From positions 1,240,001 to 1,304,000 of the forward strand of contig CM038998.1 in the NCBI GenBank assembly GCA_017499595.2: a stretch of DNA of 64,000 nucleotides, in the 5' to 3' direction. Source of the DNA: Psilocybe cubensis. Taxonomy: Eukaryota. A program made the position numbers and the translations under genes. Below the pieces are notes generated by a model. That model had not been told where the DNA came from. It made no database searches and saw only the letters and a list, made by a program, of their open reading frames with translations. This document shows positions 10,954-23,504 of the stretch, one piece after another (positions within the stretch are counted from its first letter, which is position 1; each line of letters begins with the position of its first letter).

Positions 10954-13570
10954 TCATTGAACAGTGGAGATTGACGTCGAAGCGATAGGTGGTGGCAAAT
11001 CCTGAGCGGATGCCATGAAGGTTTTGCAAATCCTTTCGATCTCATCTGTATTCGCCAAAAGTGGCTTCAGCATCTCTTCGACCTGTCTCCCCAATTCTGC
11101 CTGGTTCTCGAGACAGCGTTGACGCAACAGATCCAAAATACCTCTCAATTCATCTTCCATTCGCTTTTGGAAATACGGGAGAAGCTCATTTAGTATCGGC
11201 TCAACTGCTTCTTTCAGTAATTCTGGAGATGTCGATCTCTGACCAGACCATCTATGCAAATGTAAGTTGGTCAAATGAGCTTGGAGAGACTCTGCCTGCT
11301 TCAGCAATTCAGTATTTTCTTCCTCAAACTTCGGGAATTGCTCTTCTGCCTAGAGATACACAAAGATGTCCATGCACAATGAGTTAGGGTGGATATATGT
11401 TCCTGGACATTACTCACTTCGTCGCAAACTCTATTGATCTCGGATGTCCCTGCCCGTAAGCTGGCAATCTCCTCTTCGAGGTTGTTTACTTTCTCTATGA
11501 CGGTTCCTGCTTGTATAGATTGCGCTGATAAATGTGCATCCACGGCTTTCAACATATTCTCCAAAGCTAGGTAAGTTCCAGGTCGTGTGTCTGGCCCGAT
11601 AGTCTCTTGAATAGGCTCTTCCACCGCTGGTAAATGGCAAAATTGCTCGTCAAGCAAATCTTGATTTGTCCACGCCTTGATATAAACCTGCTCTTCTGCT
11701 GCGGTAACCCGATCCTCTGCCAACTTGAGGGCAGCTTTGAGGTCCGTCCAATTCCAATTACCACGATGAAGCAGCTCTTGAGCAGATGGTTGTTGCTGTG
11801 CCTCTATCATTGCAGCCTGAGCTTCCAGCTCTTTGGCTTTTAACTCGCTTTCTTGCTTTTTGATTGCGAGCCGTTCGTGGATTTTGAGGTCCAAAAACCA
11901 GGATCTAAGCTCGTTTGTGTAGTGCATCACTATTTGCTTTGTCACAGCTGGATCGTTGATGGGTTCACTCGGGAGAAAATCGGGCAGATTGCCCAACTTC
12001 AGTAGAGCAGCGTCCCGCACTTCCTTTGCCTCTAGCGAGTCCTTGAAGTATTGATCGCGAGTCCCTTCGAGAATCTTCCGCGTTGCAGGCGTGGCACGGG
12101 AGTAACTAGACGAAGCGAGATATTCTTTCCATTTGTCATACTTCGATTTTGCTTCAACGTATCTTATCTCTGCAATTACAACATCTTGCATGTAACTATA
12201 CGCGGCGTGGTTAATGGGGATATAAATTTGAGAGAAATAGAGAGTGGTAAACTCACGTCAAAATGTCGGTGTACAAAGCAATGCGACCTTCGTGTCCGAC
12301 ATATTTTACAGGATATGATTGTGATGTTGAAGTCCCAAATCTGCTCTGCTTCACTGAGACGAGGTTTTTATATACATCTTTCAAGTTTTCTGGCTGTGAG
12401 GATATTTGATTATGAACTTTTTTCGGGATCTTGGGTATCGGGAGGCGAGACATTGCAGAAGTTGAAGATTTTACAGTGCTGTCTGTATCATGCTCCTTCA
12501 ATCCAGTATTGACTGCTTCCTCGGCAGGATGGGAGGGAAACGTATTCGTTGACGATTGTCCAGAGCCAGGCTTCGATGATTTAGCATTGGTGGTCAGTGA
12601 TCGTTGTGGAAGAGGCAGCATCTTTTTCGGAGAAGGTGGCCTCATGATAACATCTTCTGAAACAATCATCGATGGGTTTCCTGCAGATTGAGTGTGATGA
12701 GGCGAAGGAATTTTGTGGGTGGGTGTTTTTTCGGCCCCAGTACCGTCGGCGGTTCCCCATCCCGAACCCGGCTTAACCCCCTCACTCCAATTTTCCGTCC
12801 CAGTGCTGGTTCCTGGCCAACCGTCATCCTTCTCCTTCTCTTCTCCGTTGCTTTTGGTTCCAGAATCTTTCCAACCACCTCCCCAGCCACTTCCGCTTTC
12901 CCACCCAGGACTTCCCCATCCAGGACTTCCCCAGCCAGGGCTGTTACTTTTACCCCAGGCAGGACTATCAGTTTGATTGCCCCTGCCACCAGAAACCGCG
13001 GATCCCCACCCAGAGCTTTCAGGCTTATTCATGGATTCTGGTTTTGATGTTTTCCCACTAGATTTCTCCCAACTCGCGTGGCTTCCAGCTGGCTCTGACC
13101 TTCCTCCTCCGGTAGAGGATGCTTTTCCCCATCGACTGCCCGATTCAGGTAGTATTGTCGTGTTTGTGGATGTAGCTGTAGATGCCCGTGCATCTGATGA
13201 AGTTTTCCACGCGTCAGAATAATCAGAATCTCGCTTTCCTTGATTAGATCCTGTAAAAGACCCCGACTTCTTGTGGCCACTTTGCTTCACGGGGGGAAAA
13301 GGCGCGTTAATCCATGAGAAAGTAAATGAAATGTGTGAGGGCAGACAGACATTTGGTAAGCGTCTGGCCTTGGCCCAGTCAGCGGACTCAGGGTGGGTAA
13401 ATCTGCATTCAGCTGCAGATTTCCTGCATTTTCCATTGAATGACCCATCGTCTTCAAAGCCCTGCAAAAGGATTGAAATCCCCCTAAGTTGGCATTTGAC
13501 AAATTCTAGTAAGCGCTCAAGCGCTCAATGGCGAACTCACCCAACATTTTGGGGGGTATTGATGAGACAT
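10954..13570 (-). CDS. CCCH zinc finger + GW/WG-repeat + coiled-coil hypothetical protein
   Basis: Exon 1 (13541-13570, MSHQYPPKCW) splices through intron 13462-13540 to GFEDDGSFNGKCRKSAAECRFTHP (C-x12-C-x6-C-x3-H). Further introns at ~12196-12256 and ~11350-11417. GW-rich middle and helical C-terminus. Confidence 0.7.
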
Positions 13571-14265
13571 AATGTTGTGTTGAAGGACACCTGTTTTTGA
13601 TTTCAGTAATTTTCAGTTTGGTGGACTCAGACGGTACCTTATAGTGTACAAATTGTGGCACAGTAAGAACGTCGGGTAAAAATAGTGTTCACTAGAAAGG
13701 ACTTAAAAGAGATTCGGCTTGACTATGCGTTGAATGTTTCATCACATGATCATGCCTTCAAATTACCTTTTCCCTTCACCGTCGTGAATCCCGCCGACAC
13801 TGCGAGCGATGAGCGCTGTATGTTGAACAAAAGAGCGATTTTTATAAATGTGTTATGTAAATTCGGTTGTACACTCGACATACAGTACACAATATATACT
13901 CAAATAATTCTTATAAAAGGTGAATATTTGAGTTGTTTGGTAGGGTACATATAGTGCAAACTCCCAGACCTATGTGACCTATGACAGCTTTGGATAGGAG
14001 GACGCAGGGAAATTGATCGATTTCGAGTGCTCTTTTTATTTCTCGTTGACTGCCAAGTTTTAACTTTGCATCTACGTCAGCAGAGAAGCACAGGATGATT
14101 TAATTTATTCTCAACATATCAAAGCAAAGAACTCCAATTCAGGCTTGCCTGATTCTTATTACATCGAATCCAGGCTATCTCAAAGAGAAAGATAAATCTT
14201 ATGATCGGCATTAGAGGGTGCATGAAATTAAATCATTGCTGAACATGTATGCATGAAAGACAGCA

Positions 14266-16072
14266 TTACTTGTTAATTCCGGGGGTCTTCGCACGACACA
14301 TCTTGCCATCCACATCGACCGACCAGTATTCGCTTCCTACCGCTTTCTCTGCGTAGAAAAACTTGTCCTTGTCGTACTTGGCCTTAATCTTCAGTAAGCT
14401 CACGTAATTAGCGCCGTACCAGTCCTCTTTCCACTTTGGGTTGTCGCCGTCCGCTTCAGACATGTAGGCGCCGGAGTTCGGAGCCAGTTGCCGCAGCTTC
14501 TCGTCCCAGTCATAAGTAATAGTTTTGCGGACTGCGATGTTCTTTTCAAGAGACCCTGCAGCATCGTACCACGGGGCAGCGGGAATGATATACATGACGC
14601 TGTCGCGCCAAGCAGGTAGGACAGAGTTTCCTGGATTTCCGCCGACGGCTTCCGATGGCGCAATGCCGACTTCGATGATGGCAGCACCACCTTCAGCAAT
14701 GTGGCGAACAGTATTTGTTAGTGCCGTTCCATTGGTGAGAAGGGTTGATCGCGGAATAAGACGTCCACCGAACTGGAATTCGCCGGTGTTGATTGCACCA
14801 AACGATGCGTCGTAGGCTTGTTTGAAGGTGGGGTAGGTGTCGATTGAGGAGGTAAAGTTGAATCCAAGCTCGGCGAGCTTCGCGGTGAGGGGTGCAACCA
14901 AATCGTTAACTTCTTCGGTCGTCTTGTTAGGTACGAAGAGGGGCCAAAGCTGGAAATACCCGACGTTATAGAATGCATAAGCATAAGCGCCTGCATCGAC
15001 ATAGGAAGGTACAAGGGTGTGGTAAAAGCTGATGAAGTCCCAGAATGTATCGTTGCTAATGGTTCCCTGAGGTGCTGTGATAACCGCGGATGTGACGTGC
15101 ACGTCAGGAAAGATTTTAGCAGTCATTGACCAAACGACAGCATAGTTTCCAGGTCCTCCGCCAGAGAGTGCCCACCAGAGGTCAGAATTGTTAGTGCGAG
15201 ACGCAGTGATGAAGTCTCCATTGGCAAGGATCACCTCAAATTCCAAAGTCTGATCAGCTGCAAGCCCCTTCCATGAACTGAGAGCAGAATGTCCACCTCC
15301 GCTCGTGTAACCTCCAGCCCAACCGACTGTAGGGCATTCTCCACCAACCGACAGGTACCCATGCTCGGCTGTGAACGAATAGAGCTCGTTGACTATGGTT
15401 CCAGCGTAGCCCTTTACAGCAGGTCCACTGTAATAAGACGTGTTGTAATTTGCGATCAGTTCCATGCCTTTGACATGGTGGGTCCAGATGGCGAGTGAGC
15501 CGTAGCCAGTAGATTTGCCCATGTAATCGTGACCAGTATTACGAATTACGAAGCGGATGTTATGTTGCCTGGCAAACGCGATAGCGGCTTGCACATGCGC
15601 GACTGTCGACACGTTTACTGCATAGTTGACATAAGTTCCCATATTGCATATAGATTCAGTCGGCTCAAACGGATTGCATGAATTATTCGACCACCAGGGT
15701 GTCATGATTGAGCTTGATGACAGCTCATGCCACTGGATTTCAAGGTCGTCAGGTGTGTGAAGGTTATCTGGAATAGAAAAGGCGATATACCTGTGGGAAA
15801 TGCCAATTGGCTTGGACTTCAGCACATTTTTCCGCATCGAACGTATTTATCTCGACAGAGTCAACAATAGTAGTGTTATGACAAACACTTCCAATGGGAA
15901 TAGTCTTGATAAGGCGTCCATCGACGGTGTTATTTAACGCTGCCCACTTTGCAGTAGATGGCCAGCACTCGTCCGTCGGCCCACATTTACATTCTGCCCG
16001 ATGATTGACTGAATTTGCGTATGATAGACCAGACACTGCAAAGGCAGTCAACAACGCCTGCTTGAGATGCAT
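14266..16072 (-). CDS. Secreted FAD-linked oxidoreductase (berberine-bridge-enzyme-like, VAO/PCMH family)
   Basis: Signal peptide MHLKQALLTAFAVSGLSYA; CKCGPTDECWPS...GRLI; RNTGHDYMGKS and GECPTVGWAGGYTSGGGHS (His/Cys covalent FAD sites); DLWWALSGGGPG; C-terminal GAYMSEAD...YGANYVSLLKIKAKYD. Single intron at 15733-15790. Confidence 0.93.
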
Positions 16073-16927
16073 CCGTTTTGCACAATTCGATGTGAGGAGG
16101 TACAAGGGGCAAAGGCAATGTGTCGAAGCTGCTTTATATGAGCCTAAATGCAATTTATCCATGATTGTCGAGCTGTATATTCAAAGATCATCGCAATTAA
16201 TACCAGAAAGCGACGTAAGCGATGCAGTTGGCCCAGCCTAACCCCTGGATGAAGAACGGCGGCGTGCAGCATAACAAGGAACCGAAGGGTGAAAACAGGT
16301 CAAGTTTCGGTTGCACATTTGGCCACAACCTCCGTTATGAAACCTATTCATGCATCATTCGTTCTGGCGCACATCTGGCTTCAAACCATGTTGTTGATTT
16401 GAATGCGATTGCGAAACTGGTGGTTGGGCAGTTTGTGAGTCGTAGTCCAAGAATTCATGTGTTTATCGGAACAAATATAAGCGCCCTTGTATCATATAAT
16501 TTTTGAGTTGTCGTGGATACCGAAGTCAGCGAACCGTCTGAAGTGCACAGTCATCATTATTCATACATAGTTAGCGTCCTTGCATGCTTGCAACTTCAGA
16601 TGATGAAGGACGTCAGAGGATGCTGCAGACGCTGCAGATGGATGGGTAGGAACTGCAGGGGGAAACAATGTGCGATCGTGTCAAGAGGTGACACACCGAT
16701 GTCGATGAGCAGGCGCCGCCTTCCGTACCTCTCTGTCCGGCTGGCCAGCTGCTCCGCGCATCCGACAATTGTCCCACGAGCCGTTGCATCGGCCTTGGGG
16801 CAAACGCCGTGAAATTTGAAGGATGGGACAAAGCAAAAAGCAATTGGTTGCTATAATTATTCTTTTAGAAGACTTGACTTTAATCACCTTCAATCATCAG
16901 CGTTGTTCAAACTTGTTGCTCTCTAGA

Positions 16928-18129
16928 ATGATGGCGGCGATTTCAGACTCTGTGCTCATAGAAGTGTGTGTTGACTCGGTGCAATCAGCCGTCGCGTCTG
17001 TTCAATGTTCAATCACGTCCTCATTGTCTTTGTACTCAATGCACATCTTTTAAGGGCTGTACAAGGAGGCGCAGACAGGCTAGAGATATGCGGCAACTTA
17101 GGGCTCGGCGGTGGTACAACGCCCAGCATAGGTCTTTTTAGATCCATACAACGCGCAGTTCCGAACGCGTCCTTAATGGTAAGTCCACGTTGAACATCCT
17201 ATTATGACGCAAAATTGATAATCAAACTTGGCATGATTGTAGGTTATGATCAGACCACGCGTTGGGGATTTTTTCTATAGCAAAGAGGATGTTGGGGTCA
17301 TGCTGGAGGACATTCGAATGTTCAAGAATTTTGGGCATGTGCGAGGCTTTGTCGTAGGAGCTTTGACTAAAGATGGACGCGTCGATGTCGAGCGCATGAG
17401 ATTGTAGGTTTGCCATTTGATCCTTTTGGTGAAAAAAGAAATAAACATTGGTTACAGGTTTGTGGATGAAATTTTGCCCTTGGAAGGTACGCTCAACTCC
17501 TGATTCCTTTGATAGAGAATCCCTCCAAACTCCTCAGTTTGTTTTCATCGGGCGTTTGATATGACCCGAGACCCATTACAAGGTACTGTAAACTGATCAA
17601 GAAATAGCCACCATGATAGCGTAAACAAGTATGCTCTTTGTGTGTTGCAGCCTTGTCTGATATCATCGACATTGGCGGAGTGGCCCGAATATTGACGAGG
17701 TATGCAGTCTATAACCAGTAAAAGATCGGTAGTTTAATGTGCGTCACTAATCCTGTCCAAATCAGTGGTCATCAGCCGAAGGCTCCCGACGGAGTAAATA
17801 CGTTAGAGAAGCTTTTTGCCAGGCGCAAGGAAATTGTAGGAGATGCTGTATGGGGCTTGACAATCATGCCGGGTTCAGGCATCAACGAAAATACCCTCCC
17901 AGTTTTGATGAGCCAACTGCTGCCATTAGGTCTCAGGGAGGTACATCTCAGTGGAGGGAAATGGATTCCAGGAGATATGTCCTTCAAACGCGCGGGCATG
18001 GCGATGGGTGTTGACCAAGAAACAGAATGGAAAATCTGGCGTACTCAGAAAGACGAAATCAGAAAAGTCAGGGAGGTGGCGAGAAATATGTGGCTCCAGT
18101 ATAGTTCAAGCAAGAGTCCTGTTACGTAG
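16928..18129 (+). CDS. CUTC: CutC family (copper homeostasis protein) TIM-barrel protein
   Basis: Spliced product: [37 protein letters not shown]...VMIRPRVGDF...GFVVGALTKDGRVD...CFHRAFD...ARILTSG...IMPGSGIN...EVHLSG. All CutC signature motifs are present. Confidence 0.93.
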
Positions 18130-18712
18130 CGCCAAAGTTGAAATAGGCGTACTGGATGATCATCGGTGGCTCGTTTGTGACTCCCAATCAAGCCTATATA
18201 TGGTAGAAAAATTGGTTATTTGTCAGCTCGCATCCGAGCGCGATTTGTGGCCGACTTCAGTTGAAGGCCATCAACATCGACTGCGCGCGTGCAATGCTTC
18301 CCTTGGGGAATCCGTTGCTACAGGCCGGAATAACGTGTGGCTTCCGTTAGTCTCGGATTGCGGACGTATGCCTTTCAATTTCTCTACCCAACAAGTTTTA
18401 ATTGCCCGCTATCTCTCGTATTTCAGCTAACATACTAGCCAACCATATAACAATGGCATCCCGTAAACTCTGGAGAATTGCCAAGTTGATATTTCATGCA
18501 TGAAGCAAACGTTGGGGATTGGGATCAGAGGTTGGGACGATCGAATCATAGAGATCTTGTAATCATGTATCGCGGCATACACAGCGGCACTGGACAACAA
18601 GGGAACATTTAAACTGAATACGTCTTCTTCAACCGTGCAATTCGGCATCCCGCAAACGCGAGGGCGCGGATTGACCCTTGTTCACTATCTTCTTACTCGT
18701 TTGTCTTTTCTA

Positions 18713-20675
18713 ATGTCTCAGGCCGTCAAGACCAAGAGTGCTTCTGAAAACGCCCCTGAAGGCGCTCAACCTCAAGTTTGGTGGTCTAACGCTGTCTTCT
18801 TCATTCTAGTTCACGTTGCGGCGGCCGTGGGGGTGTATTACTTGCCACCTTGGGCTGTTCACAAGAAGACGTTGTTGCTGTGGTTCCTGACATGGCAAAT
18901 GTCTGATTTTGGGTACGTGCATTTTACCTCGCGATCTTCTCTCTTACGGGTTACTTATATATTTCTAGTATTACGATTGGGTACCATAGACTGTACTCGC
19001 ACAAGGCGTTTCGCGCCACATTAGGCGTTCGCGTCGTTTTGGCTATATTAGGGTCGGCTGCATTTCAAGGTTCTATCAAGGTTTGAGAATCATGTCTTCC
19101 TTATATTCTCCATCTTGACTCACCAATATCCTCACAGTGGTGGTAAGTGAAGTGCAATACGAGTTAAACACGGTTTCTCATCAATGCTTCTTTTTAATCC
19201 TGTCCAGGTGTTTGAGGCACAGATTACATCATGTACGCCCCATTGCGCTGCTATACTTCTTTTTTGGTTTATGGATCCATACTTTGTGTTGGCAGAGATT
19301 TACGGACGACCCGGTTCACGATCCGTACGTCAAATTGGTCTAATCGAGCGTGTTTTGATATTGATAAAGTCAAACAAGATATGCTGCCACGCGAGGTTTG
19401 TTCTACTCCCATATGGGCTGGATATTTTACAAGCCGAATTACACGCGCATGGCATTGATAGAGAAGGATGACCTCGAGAGTGATCCAGGTGCGGCATACT
19501 TTTGATAATATAAATATTGCAGTTTAACATCGTTTCTTATTCCGAAAGTGGTTCAATACCAGCACCACTACTACGGTTTGTAACTCATTTAAATTTAAGG
19601 GGGCCTATCCTCTCGTATTGACACTTTCGCCTGTTTCTAGTTCCATTGGCTCTGTTTTTCGGGTTCTTTTGTCCCGTTCTTATTGGGTCGTGGTGGGATG
19701 ATAAATTAGGAGCATTCGTTTGGGGAGGCCTCGTTGCAAGATTATTCAGTGAATAACTATAGCTTGCATATTTTGTGCACGACTCACCTTGCTGACTTCT
19801 AGTTTGGCATTGTACCTTTCTCGTTAATTCGTTAGTCCGGTACCATCTTCTTTCGTATAGGGCTAATAGATGGTAATAGTTTGGCTCATTGGGATGGGTT
19901 GCAACCTTATTCCGATGAGGACACATCAAGAGGAAACCTGGTGAGCAAATATATCTGTTGATTCATTCTGTGTCTAAGTATAACAGATACTTGCACTTTT
20001 GACTGGTGGAGAGGGAAACCATAATTTTGTAAGTGTTTATTTTCTACCGATACACGTCCTGCTCAACGCTTCAAACAGCATGTTGGTTTTCAGTCCTTTG
20101 TGACTTGACTTAAATCTGAGGAGCTGATATAAAGCAACCCAGCATTCCTTCCCACACGATTTTCGATCAGGGCCGTCTTTGGCTGACTGGGATCCAAGCA
20201 AATGGATCATTATAGCATTACAGCAACTGGGTCTTGTGGCGTCACTTCGTCGGGCCCGCAAAGAAGATCTTGATGAGGCTATCCATCATATGAAAAAGAA
20301 AGCGTCAACCGGCGTTGACGAACCAGAAGATAGAAGATGGGACGGAGAAACTTGGAACAATGTCCAGGTAGTAGATTTCGCAAAAGCGAAGACTGGAAGG
20401 TGTATTGTGCTGATAGACGGATATGCGGTTGACGTCACTGCGTATCTTGGACAGCATGTAAGCTCAGTAACACAAAAGCAGACAATAATTACTTAACACT
20501 TCTATATTTCTAGCCTGGGGGTGCAAAGCTATTGAGGGAGTACTCTATCAGACTTACAAGTGATATAGATTCATGGAGGAAGGCGGATTGGGCATTCAAG
20601 GGCGGACTGAACAACCATTCTCGTGCCGCGAGGAGACAGATGCGGGAAATGAGAGTAGCGAAGCTCGTTGACTGA
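18713..20675 (+). CDS. Acyl-CoA delta-9-type fatty acid desaturase with C-terminal cytochrome b5 domain (Ole1-like)
   Basis: His boxes GYHRLYSH, HRLHHRFTD and EGNHNF-H-HSFPHDF; SHMGW; WHCTFLVNSLAHW; b5 motif VDVTAYLGQH-PGG. More than 12 introns, including 5-nt and 3-nt microexons. Confidence 0.92.
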
Positions 20676-20972
20676 TGTGGAAGTGGGTGAATGAAGAAGT
20701 GACTCCGTAGATTAGATTTTCTTCTTGGATTGTTGTGGATATAATGCAGTTCGTTTACTCAAGCATGAGTTTCAGAAACAAGGACAAGTCGCGTACAATT
20801 TGGTTGACGCAGATCAACGCGTTGAATGTCACGTGATGTTGTGGTAAGGCAGTAAGTAGGTTCTTGCATATTATAGTCGCTCACAGTCATTTCGGTTATA
20901 TCGTTGCGCTTAGCCCTGTTGTTTGCATCCCTTCGCAGTGCCTGGCGTTGAAAAAGAGCGGTGTTTAGGAAA

Positions 20973-23218
20973 ATGTCCAAGAGAGAGCTTGAAGCGCTAA
21001 ACGGTTTAGGGGACCACGATGGATCAAGGCATAATAAGCGACGCAGAGAAGCGGGTGGATCGTCCTCGGACGTGGATGTAACAATGTCGGATCCTGTGGT
21101 ACCCGCTGCAACAAATGGTGGTGGCAGTATTGGACAGGTGAAAGAGCAAGGGTTGAAGTTGTGGCAGACTGTGAAAGATGCAACCAAAGAGTGAGTAAAC
21201 TATTAAAGCTCGCACGTCCTGCCTTATTAGATCTCCTCCTGACGCCTTTTGTCACCCTCCCTTTCTCTAACTCCCAACATTTGTCTCTCAGTGACATCTT
21301 CCTACGCAAACCATCCAAGCGCCTCTACCCAGACTACTATGTTATTATCAAGCAACCAATTGCACTTGAAGATATCAAGAAGGCTCTCGAGAACAATGAA
21401 TACTCGTCCCTAGAAGCCGTCAAGAATGATTTCGATCTGCTTTTTGGCAATGCGAAACAGTACAACCTGCCTGAAAGCATCATATATCAGGATGCAAAGG
21501 AACTACTGGTGCGTTGGTATTGATAATGGCTGTCGTATTCTACTAGATGACTTATCGTGGACGTAGAAACTGGTACACAAGACATACAACAAGATGGTGC
21601 CCAAGGAGGAAGATGGAGAGAACAACAAACCTAAACCTCCTTCGCTCAACAGGCTAATCAAGGTCAGACTGGAGAAGCTGGTTGCAAAAACTACATCCGA
21701 GTGCGTCCCGCTGCAGCGTGTTTCAATGGATCGTACACTGACCTTTGTCGACAGCGGGCGAGTTTTGTCAACGGAGTTCATGCAGCTTCCCTCAAGAAAG
21801 TTATGGCCTATCTACTATAAAGAAATTAAGAGTCCTATGGCTTTCGACATTGTTTCAGTTAGTATCTGTTAATGCACCTATTTGCTCTTTCTAAACTTGC
21901 CCCACAGAAACGGATCAAACAGAAAGAGTATCAATCATCTGCAGCATTCGCCGCCGACGTGGAAAAGATATTCTCCAACGCGCTGGCTTTCAACGCAGAA
22001 GAAGCTCAGATATGGCATGACGCCATGACTTTGCGGGTACGGCATTCTGCTGCTTGAACCTTTTGTTGTCGCTGACCACTTGATTTTCAGGATTACTTCC
22101 GACAGCTAATGTCAGATCTACCTCCTCCTCACAATCTTCCGGAATATACCAAACCGTCGAATAAAATTAAGATTAAGCCTCCTCATGCAACCCAACCTAC
22201 TGCCTCTAGTTCACATCTTCCAGCGCAAAAGCAAGAATCCGCTGGCCTTACCCTTCGAGTGCCTGCCCCACATCAACACAAGGCATCGCCCAAAGCAACA
22301 ACCTCTACGTTGCCTATACCTACACCTACTCCCGTACCCGCACCCGCAACAGCACCTACTCCCGCACCCACCCTTCCTGTTGCACCGGTCACAGCGGCCA
22401 AAAAGGTTGCCTCACCCAAAATCTCCACGCCGAAGACAACTACTTCACAGTTACCTTCCTCCATCAAAGCTCCTACGCCTGGCAAAGCTCCAACCCCCGT
22501 TCCACCAATCCAACAAACAATCTCTTTCGTCAACGCAACATCGTCTCATTACCCTCGGGCACCTTACGCTCCTCCAAATGCTACAAGTGTGCCATCTCCG
22601 GTCCCCACTCCCCTGCAGCCTAATGCCATACGCCCGACATCTGCTGTTTCCATCGCACATTCTGCCTCTCAATCACCTGCCCCTGTTGTCCTCCCTCTTA
22701 GTCACCAATTGAAGTCGATAAACCTTCGAATACAACCGTCGGGACGCACACTGAGTCTGGACCACCGAGATGGGGTCAAAGGGTGGGCTTTGCGGCTAAT
22801 GCCAGGAGAAACTACGGTTTATGTTAGCAATATCATGTTCATGGGTGATGAGGAAGATGAGGAGAGCAGTGAGGAAGAGGAGGACGATATAGATATGGAT
22901 GTTGACGTAGAGAGTGGGTCGGTGTCTCCGAAGAATGGGCGGAAGAAGGGTAAAGGTCGCGGAAGAGGTCGACCTCCTAAAGCTACTACAATGGCAGCCA
23001 AGGCTGCTGCTACAAAAGCGGCGAAGGATGCGAAGAAAAAGACTGTGACCAAAATTGGAGAAGTTCAACTTAAACTTAACAAATTTGCGGTCAAGGAGCA
23101 ACCTGATCAAACGGGTGAATGGAGTGTATATTTGCCTGTTGGCTCGAATGTCATTGAAGTTGGGGAAACTGGAGGGATGGTATGGAAGGTCTATGCAGAA
23201 AGGTTAGGGGATGTGTAA
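20973..23218 (+). CDS. Tandem bromodomain chromatin protein (Rsc4/polybromo-like) with AT-hook
   Basis: BD1: FLRKPSKRLYPDYYVIIKQPIALEDI...NAKQYNLPESIIYQDA. BD2: FMQLPSRKLWPIYYKEIKSPMAF...NALAFNAEEAQIWHDA. Pro/Thr-rich linker and a GRGRPPK AT-hook. Confidence 0.85.
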
Positions 23219-23504
23219 TTGTGTATTACGGCGTTCTTTTTTTTTGCAAGCGTTCTGTAAAAGGTGTTTATGTGCGCATGCTTTGTAGTTCTTTTTATTG
23301 CATTTTCTTCTTCATACATCTCTGATTTTTTTTCATACTCATGTATGTCGGACTGTCGTTATGCGACAAAATCAACTTCATGATGGATATAATTATGTTG
23401 CATTGTAACAAACACTTGGTAGAAGTATCCAAGAAGTTGAAAAAATTTAAATCGCATAACACACTGCACCACTCGATGATATAAGACGTCTATCAGCTTC
23501 TTTA

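Noticed and set aside
12895-12945. 15-nt tandem repeat considered as a non-coding or CRISPR-like repeat
   Set aside because: It encodes SPGWG units of the GW protein, has no spacers, and lies in a eukaryotic context.
15733-15837. ORF-track start MRKNVLK for the FAD oxidase
   Set aside because: It reads through the intron; the true start with a signal peptide is at 16072.
20810-20840. Palindromes caacgcgttg (MCB-like) and gtcacgtga (E-box/Cbf1-like) upstream of the bromodomain gene
   Set aside because: Plausible cis-elements, but too short to support without conservation data.
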